The position numbers and the translations under genes are program-made. 64,000 nt of DNA from an uncultured virus (IMG/VR IMGVR_UViG_3300042891_001399) (Duplodnaviria > Heunggongvirae > Uroviricota > Caudoviricetes): the IMG/VR virus record IMGVR_UViG_3300042891_001399. One strand, written 5' to 3'. This document shows positions 29,393 to 40,000 of the stretch, piece after piece. Positions within the stretch are counted from its first letter, which is position 1, and the number at the start of each line of letters is the position of its first letter. The notes beneath the pieces were generated by a model, which saw nothing but the letters and a program-made list of their open reading frames with translations, was not told where the DNA came from and did no database searches.

Positions 29393-29718
29393 CTCTTTTT
29401 AAATTTTGACTTTATAAAATCTTTGAATTTATTAATTTTACGAGTCTTTTTTGGCTTAACTTTTACAGGTTCTTCTTTCTTACTTGATATCTTATCAACA
29501 GCATCTATAAAGTTATATAAATTTGGTTTTTTCTCAGAATCATCAACTTTATCTACCTTATCATCTACTTTTGTAGAATCTACAGTAGTTTTCTCAGGTT
29601 CATTTGGTATAATATCCTCTTTTTTACAAGATGTAGCCGCTAATGTAGCCGCTATAGCACCACCTAATAAAGCCTTTTTAACACTAACTTCTTCGTTATA
29701 TTTCTTAATATACTTCAT
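29389..29718 (-). CDS. putative lipoprotein with MKYIKKYNEE leader
   Basis: KKALLGGAIAATLAATSC lipobox-like; AATATATA before ATG at 29718. Confidence 0.6.
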   Translation of the reverse strand: MKYIKKYNEEVSVKKALLGGAIAATLAATSCKKEDIIPNEPEKTTVDSTKVDDKVDKVDDSEKKPNLYNFIDAVDKISSKKEEPVKVKPKKTRKINKFKDFIKSKFKKS

Positions 29719-29804
29719 AATACTATATATTTTTTTACATAATGCACTTTTTGACTTTTTAGACTTAATATATATAGTATTAAATAAAAAAAAATTAATT
29801 AGAT

Positions 29805-30155
29805 ATGAAACATCTTCAAAAATTTGAATCTTATTCAAACACAGAAAAACAAGAAGTTAGTAAGGTTAACGAAGAGTTTGACTTTGCTGCTATGACAGAT
29901 CTTTATAATGGATTTGTACAATGGTTACAAGCAACACATTATGACGGCACTGGTGAATTAGTTGCTAACTGGGAAGCAGTTTCTGGTGTACTTGGTGCTT
30001 TAGGTTTAGTTGGTGGTACTTTCTTACCAGCTTACTTGAGATTTAACAAAGAGCAAAAAGAAGCTGTTAACAAAAGAATAGCTGATGCAATTGCTGCAAA
30101 CCCTGACAGAGATCCTAAAGAAATTGCTCAAGAGATTACAAACGAAATGAAATAA
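29805..30155 (+). CDS. leader-motif protein with TM segment
   Basis: MKHLQKFES...VNEE; hydrophobic stretch. Confidence 0.65.
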   Translation: MKHLQKFESYSNTEKQEVSKVNEEFDFAAMTDLYNGFVQWLQATHYDGTGELVANWEAVSGVLGALGLVGGTFLPAYLRFNKEQKEAVNKRIADAIAANPDRDPKEIAQEITNEMK

Positions 30156-30215
30156 TTTTCTATAAAAAAATATTAAAAACCCCATCTTTTTGGGGTTTTT
30201 TTATTATAACTAATT

Positions 30216-30539
30216 ATGATTACAGTAACAGAATCGGCTAAAGAACAAGCCATTAAATTAATGAAAGAGGAAAACCTTACTAACCCATTCATTCGTGTTG
30301 GTGTTAAAGGTGGTGGTTGCTCTGGACTATCTTATGATTTATCATTTGATGATAAATTAAATGAAGGTGATCAAGAATTTGAAGACAAAGGTGTAAAGAT
30401 TGTTTGTGATAAAAAAAGCTTTCTTTATTTATTTGGAACTGAATTAGACTACTCTGGTGGTCTTAATGGTAAAGGCTTTACGTTTAACAATCCAAATGCC
30501 TCAAGAAATTGTGGTTGTGGTCAGTCCTTTTCTATATAA
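30216..30539 (+). CDS. iscA: Fe-S cluster A-type carrier (IscA/HesB)
   Basis: GGGCSGLSY, NPNA, CGCGQSF. Confidence 0.92.
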   Translation: MITVTESAKEQAIKLMKEENLTNPFIRVGVKGGGCSGLSYDLSFDDKLNEGDQEFEDKGVKIVCDKKSFLYLFGTELDYSGGLNGKGFTFNNPNASRNCGCGQSFSI

Positions 30540-30555
30540 TAGACAAGAATCACTT

Positions 30556-30876
30556 ATGGGTAGTAAGTCAATTGATTCTTCAGGCTATATTTCTTTGTAT
30601 GTTGGTCCCAACTACAAGTATAAAAACACTCACGGTGGTAGAATACGAGAACATATTTATATAATACAAGAAAAAATTGGTAGACAATTAGAAAAGAATG
30701 AAGTTGTTCATCATATAGATAGTGATAAGAAAAACAATAATATTGATAATTTGGATTTATGTACAGTGTCTGAACACAATAATTGTCATGCCAAGATTGA
30801 AAAAATAGTTTTTGAATTATATAAAAAAGGTGTAGTTGGTTATGATAGAATTGAAAAAAAATACTATTTAATATGA
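30556..30876 (+). CDS. HNH homing endonuclease
   Basis: EH...VVHHIDSDKKNNNIDNL...H. Confidence 0.85.
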   Translation: MGSKSIDSSGYISLYVGPNYKYKNTHGGRIREHIYIIQEKIGRQLEKNEVVHHIDSDKKNNNIDNLDLCTVSEHNNCHAKIEKIVFELYKKGVVGYDRIEKKYYLI

Positions 30877-31625
30877 ATATAACAACAATACAAACTAATA
30901 TAATCTGGGAAAACAAAGAATTAAATCTTAAAAACTATCAAGATAAAATTGATAGTATTGAATCTGATTTAATTATCTTACCTGAGATGTTTACTACAGG
31001 ATTTACAATGAATCCAAAACCATTTGCAGAGTCTATGGATGGAATTACCGTTCAATGGATGAAAGAGAATGCTCTTAAAAGAGATTTAGCTATATGTGGA
31101 TCAATTATCATAGAAGAAGAAGGTAAATACTTCAATAGATTTATTTGGGTCAGCCCTGACGCTTCTATTCAATATTATGATAAACGACATCTATTTTTAG
31201 GCGAAGATGAAAATTATACTAAAGGAGAATCAAAAATAGTTATTGAGTATAAAGATTGGAGAATCTGTCCACTAATCTGTTACGATTTAAGATTTCCGGT
31301 TTGGTCTAGAAATGTAGAAGAGTATGATGTTTTAATTTATGTGGCTAACTGGCCCTCAAAAAGAAAATCAGCTTGGAGAAGTTTATTGGTTGCTAGAGCT
31401 ATTGAGAATCAATGTTATGTAATTGGTGTTAATAGAGTTGGTGAAGATGGTAATAATTTATCTTATAGTGGTGACACTTCTTTAGTAAATGCTTTAGGTG
31501 AAACACTTTATATAAATTCTCAAAGTGAAGATATTTTTACTACAACACTATCCAAACTTGAATTATCAAAAGTTAGAACACAACTTCCTTTTCTAAAAGA
31601 TAAAGATAATTTTAATTTTTTATAA
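30873..31625 (+). CDS. carbon-nitrogen hydrolase (YafV-like omega-amidase)
   Basis: LPEMF, YDKRHLF, ICYDLRFP, RAIENQ. Confidence 0.9.
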   Translation: MNITTIQTNIIWENKELNLKNYQDKIDSIESDLIILPEMFTTGFTMNPKPFAESMDGITVQWMKENALKRDLAICGSIIIEEEGKYFNRFIWVSPDASIQYYDKRHLFLGEDENYTKGESKIVIEYKDWRICPLICYDLRFPVWSRNVEEYDVLIYVANWPSKRKSAWRSLLVARAIENQCYVIGVNRVGEDGNNLSYSGDTSLVNALGETLYINSQSEDIFTTTLSKLELSKVRTQLPFLKDKDNFNFL

Positions 31626-31671
31626 CAAATTACTCTTTATACTATATAACTATAAATTTTTATATAGTTTA

Positions 31672-32577
31672 ATGAAAAATCCAAAAGATATCAACCCAAG
31701 AACATTGATAGAAATCCAAAGTGACGCATTAGGTGATAGTGTTGGTGCTATGGCTATAATTGAAAAGTGGAGACAAGAAACAGGTAAAGATATTTCAGTT
31801 CTTTGTAAACATCCTGATTTATTTATATCATCTTATCGTGATATAACGATTTATAAAAAGTCAGATGCTGATGTTAAGTTTACACCAGAAGAAGGAATTT
31901 GGTATGTTAATAATGTTCCTCATACAGAAAGAATAAATACAACTTATAAATTTGATGTTCCTTTGTTAGATGGATATGCCAAAGATTTTAATATTAGTTC
32001 TGAAGGTGCAGTATTAAAAGTTGATGGCGTGAGTGGTGTCCGCCCAATCAAAGCTAAGTATGTTTGTATCGGTGTTCACAGTACGGCTCAGTGTAAATAT
32101 TGGAATCATCCAGGTGCTTGGGATGAGTTGTGTAAAATGTTAAGAAAAAAAGGTTTAACACCTGTAGTTGTTGAGAAAGATTTTTCATTTGGTATAATAG
32201 GACATATGAACGAAGTGCCAAATAAAGCTGTTAAGAAAATTGGAATGTCTTTTAGTGAAGTTTTGAATTATATTCAACACTCTGAAATGTTTATAGGTTT
32301 AAGTAGTGGTTTAACTTGGGTTGCTCAAGGTTTAGGAAAACCCACAGTTATTATTTCTAACGCAACTTCCAAAGACAACGAATATATTGACGATAAAACT
32401 TTAAGAATTTTTGAAGAGTCTGTGTGTCACGGTTGTTTCCATAAATATCCATTTAATACCAGTGACTGGTTATGGTGTCCAGTTTATAGAAATGATGAGG
32501 CAAGAAGATTCATTTGTACAAAAGCAATAACACCAGAATCTGTTATGATACAGATAGAAAATTTCTATAACATATAA
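31672..32577 (+). CDS. GT9-like glycosyltransferase (heptosyltransferase-like)
   Basis: ALGD, FIGLSSGLTWVA, Cys-rich C-terminus. Confidence 0.75.
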   Translation: MKNPKDINPRTLIEIQSDALGDSVGAMAIIEKWRQETGKDISVLCKHPDLFISSYRDITIYKKSDADVKFTPEEGIWYVNNVPHTERINTTYKFDVPLLDGYAKDFNISSEGAVLKVDGVSGVRPIKAKYVCIGVHSTAQCKYWNHPGAWDELCKMLRKKGLTPVVVEKDFSFGIIGHMNEVPNKAVKKIGMSFSEVLNYIQHSEMFIGLSSGLTWVAQGLGKPTVIISNATSKDNEYIDDKTLRIFEESVCHGCFHKYPFNTSDWLWCPVYRNDEARRFICTKAITPESVMIQIENFYNI

Positions 32578-32620
32578 TAACTATAGAATAGGCGAAAATA
32601 TTAAAATAAAAAAAGATAAT

Positions 32621-33385
32621 ATGGGAAATAAAAAAATATGGACTTTAGATAAAGAAGGTAATGAAGTTCTTAGAGATTTGGCAAAAGAAAATGAAAACTT
32701 TAATCTAGATAGATATTACGCAGGTGAGTTTGATGGTAACAATTACATGTGGCATGAAATGTTCACAAACTTTGTTTATGATGATAATGGTTGTGATTAT
32801 GAAAGATATGGTTGTTTTATTAAAGAAGGTGATGTTGTATTAGACATCGGAGGTAACATTGGTATATTTGCACATAGAGCCGAGTTTAGAGGTGCTTCTA
32901 AAGTTATATCATTTGAACCGTTGACTCCAACCTTTAACTGCTTAATCAAAAACAGAGGTCCTAAAACCTTAGTATATAAAATGGCGGTTGGTGCTCAAAA
33001 TAAATGGATAGACTTCATGATACACACAGATTATACACATATTGGTGGTGGTTCATCTAAAGATGAGGCTGTTAATAGCAGACCTGTTATTCATCAAGAA
33101 AAAGCTTATATGGTTGGTATTAATGAATTATTTGGTCAAGTATCAGATAAAATTGACTTTATGAAGATGGATATTGAAGGTGGTGAAGTTGATGTTTTAA
33201 CAGCAATCACTGATGAAAATTTACAATCACTTAGATGTTTATCTTGTGAGTTTCATAAACTAAATGAATACTTTGATGATTTCCAAGATAACTTTATTAG
33301 TAGAATGAACCGACTAGGTTTTAGAAGTTTTGTACTTTTTTTAGGTAATGGAGATTTAAGAACAGTAAACTTTTGGAAAGAATAA
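32621..33385 (+). CDS. FkbM family methyltransferase
   Basis: VLDIGGNIG, FEP, KMDIEGGE. Confidence 0.9.
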   Translation: MGNKKIWTLDKEGNEVLRDLAKENENFNLDRYYAGEFDGNNYMWHEMFTNFVYDDNGCDYERYGCFIKEGDVVLDIGGNIGIFAHRAEFRGASKVISFEPLTPTFNCLIKNRGPKTLVYKMAVGAQNKWIDFMIHTDYTHIGGGSSKDEAVNSRPVIHQEKAYMVGINELFGQVSDKIDFMKMDIEGGEVDVLTAITDENLQSLRCLSCEFHKLNEYFDDFQDNFISRMNRLGFRSFVLFLGNGDLRTVNFWKE

Positions 33386-33409
33386 GAAATATTAATAATA
33401 GGCAATAAA

Positions 33410-34777
33410 ATGAAAATTAAATTTATAATATTTGATTTAGATGGTGTTTTGGTAGAAGCCAAAGAAATTCATTATGAAGCTCTTAATGAAGCTTTAGGTG
33501 AAAAGTATATGATTACTTGGGATGAACATCTAAGTAGATATGATGGTCTTAAAACTAGTCAAAAGCTTGAAATGTTAACAAGTGATAAAGGATTACCTAT
33601 TGATTTATATGAAGAAGTTTGGATTAATAAACAAAGACTAACCATAGATAAACTAAAAAGTCTACCAAAATCAGAACAATTGATTGATTGTATGAGTTCA
33701 TTAACAAATGATGGTTATAAAATTGCTGTTTGTTCTAATAGTATTCGTAAAACAGTTTTAACAGTTCTTTCTAAATTGGGAATTATAGAATATATTGATT
33801 TAATAATATCTAATGAAGATGTTAAAAATTCTAAACCTCATCCTGAAATGTATTGGAAAGCAATATCAATGATGAGTTTTTTACCAGAACAAACATTAAT
33901 AGTAGAAGATTCACCCTATGGACTTTTAGCAGCATCAAGAAGCAAATCTCATGTTCTAAGAGTGAAGTCACCAACCGAAGTTAGTTATTCTAATATAACA
34001 AAAAAGATAAATGAAATAAAAATGGGAAATATTTTAACAACACCAAAATGGAAAAATGAAAAACTAAATATACTTATACCAATGGCTGGTGCCGGTAGTA
34101 GATTTGAACAAGCTGGATATACATTTCCAAAACCTTTAATTGAGGTCAATGGTAAACCAATGATTCAAGTAGTTGTTGAAAATCTAAATATAGATGCTAA
34201 TTATATTTATGTTGTTCAGAGGTCACATAGAGAAAAATATAACCTTGATACTATGTTAAATTTAATTACACCTGGTTGTAAAATTGTTGAAGTAGAAGGG
34301 TTAACAGAAGGTGCTGCTTGTACTGCATTATTGGCTAAGAAATATATTGACAATGATTCGCCTTTATTCTTTGCTAATTCTGACCAATTTGTTGAGTGGG
34401 ATTCAAATGAATTTATGTATAAGATGCAAGAGTCTAATTGTGATGGTGGTATTGTAACATTCAAAGCTACTCATCCTAAATGGTCATTTGCTAAAATTGA
34501 TGATAGTGGATTTGTAACAGAGGTTGCTGAAAAAAATCCAATATCAGATAATGCTACGGTTGGATATTACTATTGGAAACATGGTTCCGACTTTATCAAA
34601 TATGCTGAAAAAATGATAGAAAGAAATATAAGAGTTAATAATGAATTTTATGTTTGTCCAGTATTTAACCAAGCAATTGAGGATTGTAAAAAAATAAGAA
34701 TTTTTGAATCTAGTAAAATGTGGGGATTAGGCACACCAGAAGATTTAAAATTTTATTTAGAAAATCATAAAAACTAA
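33410..34777 (+). CDS. HAD phosphatase fused to sugar-nucleotidyltransferase
   Basis: FDLDGVL, KPHP, VEDS; IPMAGAGSRF..PKPL, LGTPEDL. Confidence 0.9.
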   Translation: MKIKFIIFDLDGVLVEAKEIHYEALNEALGEKYMITWDEHLSRYDGLKTSQKLEMLTSDKGLPIDLYEEVWINKQRLTIDKLKSLPKSEQLIDCMSSLTNDGYKIAVCSNSIRKTVLTVLSKLGIIEYIDLIISNEDVKNSKPHPEMYWKAISMMSFLPEQTLIVEDSPYGLLAASRSKSHVLRVKSPTEVSYSNITKKINEIKMGNILTTPKWKNEKLNILIPMAGAGSRFEQAGYTFPKPLIEVNGKPMIQVVVENLNIDANYIYVVQRSHREKYNLDTMLNLITPGCKIVEVEGLTEGAACTALLAKKYIDNDSPLFFANSDQFVEWDSNEFMYKMQESNCDGGIVTFKATHPKWSFAKIDDSGFVTEVAEKNPISDNATVGYYYWKHGSDFIKYAEKMIERNIRVNNEFYVCPVFNQAIEDCKKIRIFESSKMWGLGTPEDLKFYLENHKN

Positions 34778-35214
34778 TGATACTTATTTCACATAGAGGA
34801 AATATTGATGGTAGGTTTGAGTCTTGGGAAAATGAACCAACATATATTGATAAAGCAATATCAGAAGGATATGATGTTGAGGTAGACGTTTGGTATAAAG
34901 ATAATATGTTATGGTTAGGACATGACAAACCAGACTATGGTGTTGACTTTAGATGGTTTAGAGATAGAATAAGTAAACTGTGGATACATTGTAAAAATGT
35001 TGAAGCTGTTGTTTATTTAAAAGAATGTGGTTATGATGTTAATTATTTCTGGCATGAAGAAGACACACTAACATTGACTAGTCATAATCATCTTTGGGTT
35101 TATCCTGGGAAACAACCTATAAAAAACAGTATTGCCGTTATGCCAGAAATAAATAACGATGATATATCACAATGTTTAGGTATATGTAGTGATAAAATAA
35201 AAAAATATAAATAA
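34777..35214 (+). CDS. GDPD-like phosphodiesterase
   Basis: ISHRG, EN, VEVDV, LGHD, IHCK. Confidence 0.75.
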   Translation: MILISHRGNIDGRFESWENEPTYIDKAISEGYDVEVDVWYKDNMLWLGHDKPDYGVDFRWFRDRISKLWIHCKNVEAVVYLKECGYDVNYFWHEEDTLTLTSHNHLWVYPGKQPIKNSIAVMPEINNDDISQCLGICSDKIKKYK

Positions 35215-36011
35215 TGAAAATAGCCATTTGTTTTTCCGGTCAAGTAAGAGAGTTAGACAAGAGTTTATCTTATTGGAAAGATATTATTCAAAAATATAAT
35301 ATGGATGTGTATGGAAGTTTTTGGGAAACTGATGAGGATTCAAAAACTCTTTTTAATCAATTAAATCCGAAAAATGTTGAGTACGAAGACTTTAATTCAT
35401 TTCAATCAACAATAGATGTTTTTAACCAAGAAGTATCTGTACCTGTTTATGTTGAGCCAACAGAGGATAAAAATTCACATCGTGTGGTAGGATTTGGTCT
35501 ACATCCAAATGATATGGATTATATTATGAAAAATAACATTCTTTCTATGTGGTATAAAGTTTGGAGATCAAATATGATTTCTAAGAAAGAAAACTATGAT
35601 ATTGTAATTAGAACTAGAACCGATATATATTTTGATGAGATAGAAATAGAAAAAAATGATTATTTAAATATACCCTGGGGTTGGAGATGTAATACATATT
35701 GGGAGAATTGTGGTGGTTTAATTGATATGTTTGCCTATGGTAAACCAGAGATAATGGACTTTTATAGTTCACTTTTTCTATACTTATCTAGATTTTTAAA
35801 AGACAATCAATACTTCTTCCCAGCAGAAAATGTATTAAAATCTCACTTATGTCAAAAAGATATAAAAATTCGCATACTACCTATAAGACTTTTTCTTTAT
35901 AGAGATGATAGTTGTTTTAATCAAGCATGGGGTATAACTGAATATTATTATAGAAACTCAAAAGATTGGAGCACTGAAACAGATCTCAATTTTACTTTCT
36001 ATAAAAAATAA
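35214..36011 (+). CDS. putative glycosyltransferase
   Basis: KIAICFSGQVR, YDIVIRTRTD; lies in glycan cluster. Confidence 0.6.
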   Translation: MKIAICFSGQVRELDKSLSYWKDIIQKYNMDVYGSFWETDEDSKTLFNQLNPKNVEYEDFNSFQSTIDVFNQEVSVPVYVEPTEDKNSHRVVGFGLHPNDMDYIMKNNILSMWYKVWRSNMISKKENYDIVIRTRTDIYFDEIEIEKNDYLNIPWGWRCNTYWENCGGLIDMFAYGKPEIMDFYSSLFLYLSRFLKDNQYFFPAENVLKSHLCQKDIKIRILPIRLFLYRDDSCFNQAWGITEYYYRNSKDWSTETDLNFTFYKK

Positions 36012-36055
36012 ACACAAAAATTTGTTTTTAGATAAAAATTATTTATATTTGTAGT

Positions 36056-36409
36056 ATGAAAAAAATAATATTGATATTATCACTATTCTTAGGAGTTCAA
36101 ATAGTTAAGGCTGAGTCTTTACCAACAATTACAATTGAATGTAAATATGTAAATGCTTCGGATACAACACACTTTGTTAAATTAAAATCTGATAATGAGT
36201 TTTGTTGCAACTTTATTGTTACTTCAAGTTTGAATTCTAAAGAAGATGTTACCTTATTAAAACACACTAAAACTGGTGTAGTTTTAGGAACTTTCTATGG
36301 TAGACCATCTAAAGAATTTATTATGGATATCTGTAAAAAAATGGGGTACTTAGACCAAAAGAATGTGGATATGATTGCTCAAAGTATGTTAAAAATAAAA
36401 ACCAACTAA
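36056..36409 (+). CDS. secreted hypothetical protein
   Basis: Signal peptide; TAtaTTTG promoter. Confidence 0.6.
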   Translation: MKKIILILSLFLGVQIVKAESLPTITIECKYVNASDTTHFVKLKSDNEFCCNFIVTSSLNSKEDVTLLKHTKTGVVLGTFYGRPSKEFIMDICKKMGYLDQKNVDMIAQSMLKIKTN

Positions 36410-36410
36410 T

Positions 36411-36680
36411 ATGAAATTGATAAAAATCTTATTTGTAAGTTTATTTCTACTTTCCTGTAATGGATCTAATTTTAAGTATAAAATTGAAGGTAATGTAATG
36501 GCTGTTAGCCACGAGCATTATTCATTCGTACCAAATTATGATACAGTTGAAACATTAAGACCAGCAATTGCTTACACAGATACTATTTATGGTCAGAATA
36601 AGGATTCTATCTGGTATTACAACACAAATGGCTCTAAAGTGACAATTTTGGCACCATATAAAATTTATATTATTAAATAA
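36411..36680 (+). CDS. putative lipoprotein
   Basis: LLSC lipobox. Confidence 0.65.
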   Translation: MKLIKILFVSLFLLSCNGSNFKYKIEGNVMAVSHEHYSFVPNYDTVETLRPAIAYTDTIYGQNKDSIWYYNTNGSKVTILAPYKIYIIK

Positions 36681-36891
36681 TGATTTACTTTTTTTATTAT
36701 TTTATTTTTAGTATTTCTCTTTCGGTTATTTTTATTTCATTTTTCATTTTATCAAATTATGTAATGGATAAATATCCAAAGTCAAAATTATCTAATTTCT
36801 TTAGAAATCATATTGTGTCTGATGTAGATGAAGAAACATATAAATAATTTATTTATACAACATTTATCTTATATAAGATATAATATTAAAC

Positions 36892-36926
36892 GGAGGTTTG
36901 GCAGAGCGGTCCCTGAGCCTCCGCCA
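36892..36926 (+). pseudogene. internally deleted tRNA-Ser-like remnant (acceptor minihelix + CCA)
   Basis: ggaggtt-tggcagagcggt-ccctg-agcctcc-G-CCA. Confidence 0.55.
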
Positions 36927-36929
36927 ATT

Positions 36930-37044
36930 ACAAGAGTGGCGGAAATTGATGTTTGTGCGCAAAGATATCAATAGTAGACGTAACCTTGAAATAGGTTGAT
37001 TAATAGGTAACTAAATCGTGTTGGTGCAAATCCATCCTCTTGTA
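36930..37044 (+). ncRNA. atypical class II tRNA-like RNA (D-loop hairpin insert, non-canonical anticodon loop)
   Basis: acaagag/ctcttgt acceptor, tggcggaa..gtagacg D arm, ggtgcaaatcc T loop, long variable arm. Confidence 0.6.
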
Positions 37045-37045
37045 C

Positions 37046-37078
37046 AAAAAAACCCACTCAAATGAGTGGGTTTTTTTA
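37046..37078. terminator. bidirectional intrinsic terminator
   Basis: aaaaaaacccactca-aa-tgagtgggttttttt. Confidence 0.8.
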
Positions 37079-40000
37079 TTATGCTATTTTGTGTATCCAG
37101 AAGTAAGTTAGATTTGTACTAGTTTTATTTGGTTGATGTGCAAGACTTGGTCCATAATCAGCTGTAACAGTCCAAGATGTGCCAGTTCCTTCAAGAAATA
37201 TACCTACACGAATATTATCACTATCAATATTATTTTTATATATACAGTCTATTGAAATAGATACCTCATAGTCAGTGGTCGCAGCTGAATGTGACATTAC
37301 GCTTTTAATAACTTGATTATTGGTCAAGTCAACTATATGTAATATTGCGCTATTTCCAACCCAACTATAAGTTGTTACAGTGGCGCCTATTTCAAAAACT
37401 TCATCTCTTAGTATATCAAAGCCTTTAAACTGAGTATTCCATCTTAAATTTGAATCATACTCTACACTATCAAACTCAATTTGCATTGAGCCATAATTTG
37501 GCCAATTTGTATTACTAAATGTAGCATTATTTGACAATATAACTTGACCATATATTAATGGTGTTCCGCCACCAGTTCCATTCACACCACTTGTTCCAGA
37601 TGATCCGTCAGTACCAGCTAAACCTGATGTACCTGATGTGCCTGATGTGCCTGAACTGCCTGATGTGCCTGAACTACCTGATGTGCCTGACGTTCCTGAT
37701 GAACCACTAGTTCCAGATGAACCGGATGTTCCAGATGAACCGGATGTTCCAGATGAACCATTTGAACCGGATGTTCCTGAAGTACCTGATGTTCCAGATG
37801 AACCGGATGTTCCAGATGAACCACTTATCCCTGAAGTTCCATTATGTACATAAGATATAACAATATTTTTGGGCATTGATGATGGTGGAGTAGTACCAGT
37901 AAAAGAAACGACACTTACACCGATGGCATAAACTGGGCTTAAATATGAAGCCGCTGATGTTACATTATAAATAGCATAACCAGTACCATCTGCATAATAC
38001 ATTTGAAATCTATCACCTACTGAAATAGATGTAAAGAATTGAGCTGCGTTACCTGTAGCACCTGGTGTTCCAGTATAATTAATTAAACTAGTTTCATTAA
38101 AACCCAAAGTGGTTAATGAAGAGAATGTTGTACCGAACGCACTGTATGCACCCCAACCACCAGAAACACCAGCAGTGTTATAATTTTGATAAATTAAAGA
38201 GTTTGGACCTGGAGCACCGTTAAGACCAGAGGTTCCAGAAGATCCACTTGTTCCAGATGAACCATTTGAACCGGATGTTCCTGAAGAACCGGATGTTCCA
38301 GATGAACCGGATGTTCCAGATGATCCTGATGATCCACTAATACCTGAAGTACCTGATGATCCAGATGAGCCTGATGTCCCACTTGATCCAGAACATATTC
38401 CATTATTTACTATTACTACACCAGGATCCATTGTTACAACAGTTCCATATACAGCACAAAGAGTAACTGTTTGATTTGCAAGTAAGAGATACATATTTAC
38501 AGTTCCTGGTAATGCACAATCTTCCCAATCAAAGGAACTTCCAGAACTGAATGAAGTGTTTGTTACAGTATAACTAAAACAGCTAAGTCCATCAATACCT
38601 GAAGTGCCTGATGATCCACTAACACCACTTGTTCCAGATGATCCATTTATACCTGAAGTACCAGATGATCCATTTATACCTGAAGTACCCGATGATCCAC
38701 TAATCCCCGATGTACCGGAAATACCATCCAAACCATTTAGACCTGATGTACCACTTGTACCTGAGGTGCCTGATGATCCACTAATACCACTTATACCTGA
38801 AGTACCAGATGACCCACTCGTTCCAGATGATCCTGTTGTACCATCTAAGCCACTAACACCTGATGATCCAGAAGTTCCACTTGATCCAGAAGACCCACTC
38901 GTTCCAGATGATCCAGAAGACCCACTTGTTCCTGATGATCCAGAAGACCCACTTGTTCCTGATGATCCACTAGCACCACTTGTTCCTGATGATCCACTAA
39001 CACCAGATGTACCTGAAGATCCGGCTAATCCAAATACCCAATCTGTCCCAGAATATGAAAATGATGTAGTATTTGTAGTCATTAAATCAGAAACTGTAAA
39101 TGTATAAGTATTTGTACTAGAAGCTGGTAAGTTACTAACTTTACTAACTAATGATACTACTTTCCAATATCTTTTCTGAGAACCATTAAGTGGGTTTATC
39201 GCAACTATGCTAGATCCAGAAGTTAATCTATCAAATATATCATCATAAGCAACAGAACCAGTATCATCAGTGCTATTAAAAATCAAAGTTGTTATACTTG
39301 AATTAATTGTACTACTACCAATATTACTGTTCCAACGACCAGCTGTATTTGTTGATGTACCCCAATTCCAAGATCCATATATACCACCTGGTGCGCCTAT
39401 ATCACCTGATGTACCACTTGTTCCAGAAGATCCACTAATTCCGCTTGTGCCGGAAGATCCACTTGTACCTGACGTACCAGATGATCCACTTATACCTGAC
39501 GTACCAGCAGAGCCTGATGTACCATTTACACCTGAAGTGCCTGATGATCCACTTGTACCAGATGTTCCAGCAGATCCTGAGGTTCCAGCAGATCCTGAAA
39601 TACCTGAAGTACCTGAAGATCCACTAACACCACTTGTACCTGAAACACCATCTAAACCATTCACACCAGAAGTGCCTGAAGTTCCATTTGATCCATTAAT
39701 ACCACTTGTACCTGAAGAGCCTGAAGTTCCACTTGTTCCTGATGATCCAGTTGAACCAGAAACACCTGATGTACCAGATGATCCACTTGTTCCTGAAGTT
39801 CCAGCCGAACCACCAATACTACCAGATGCGGTATAACCAATAACACCAGTTATTGAATCTCTAACTAAAAACTGATTAGATGATATATTAGATGGTGTGA
39901 CAAATAAGTGTAATTGACCATCATATGTAAGTTTCATTAAGTCTGTTAGTGTCCAAATAGGTCCAGTTGCATAGGATATATAAGTGAATAATAAATCATT

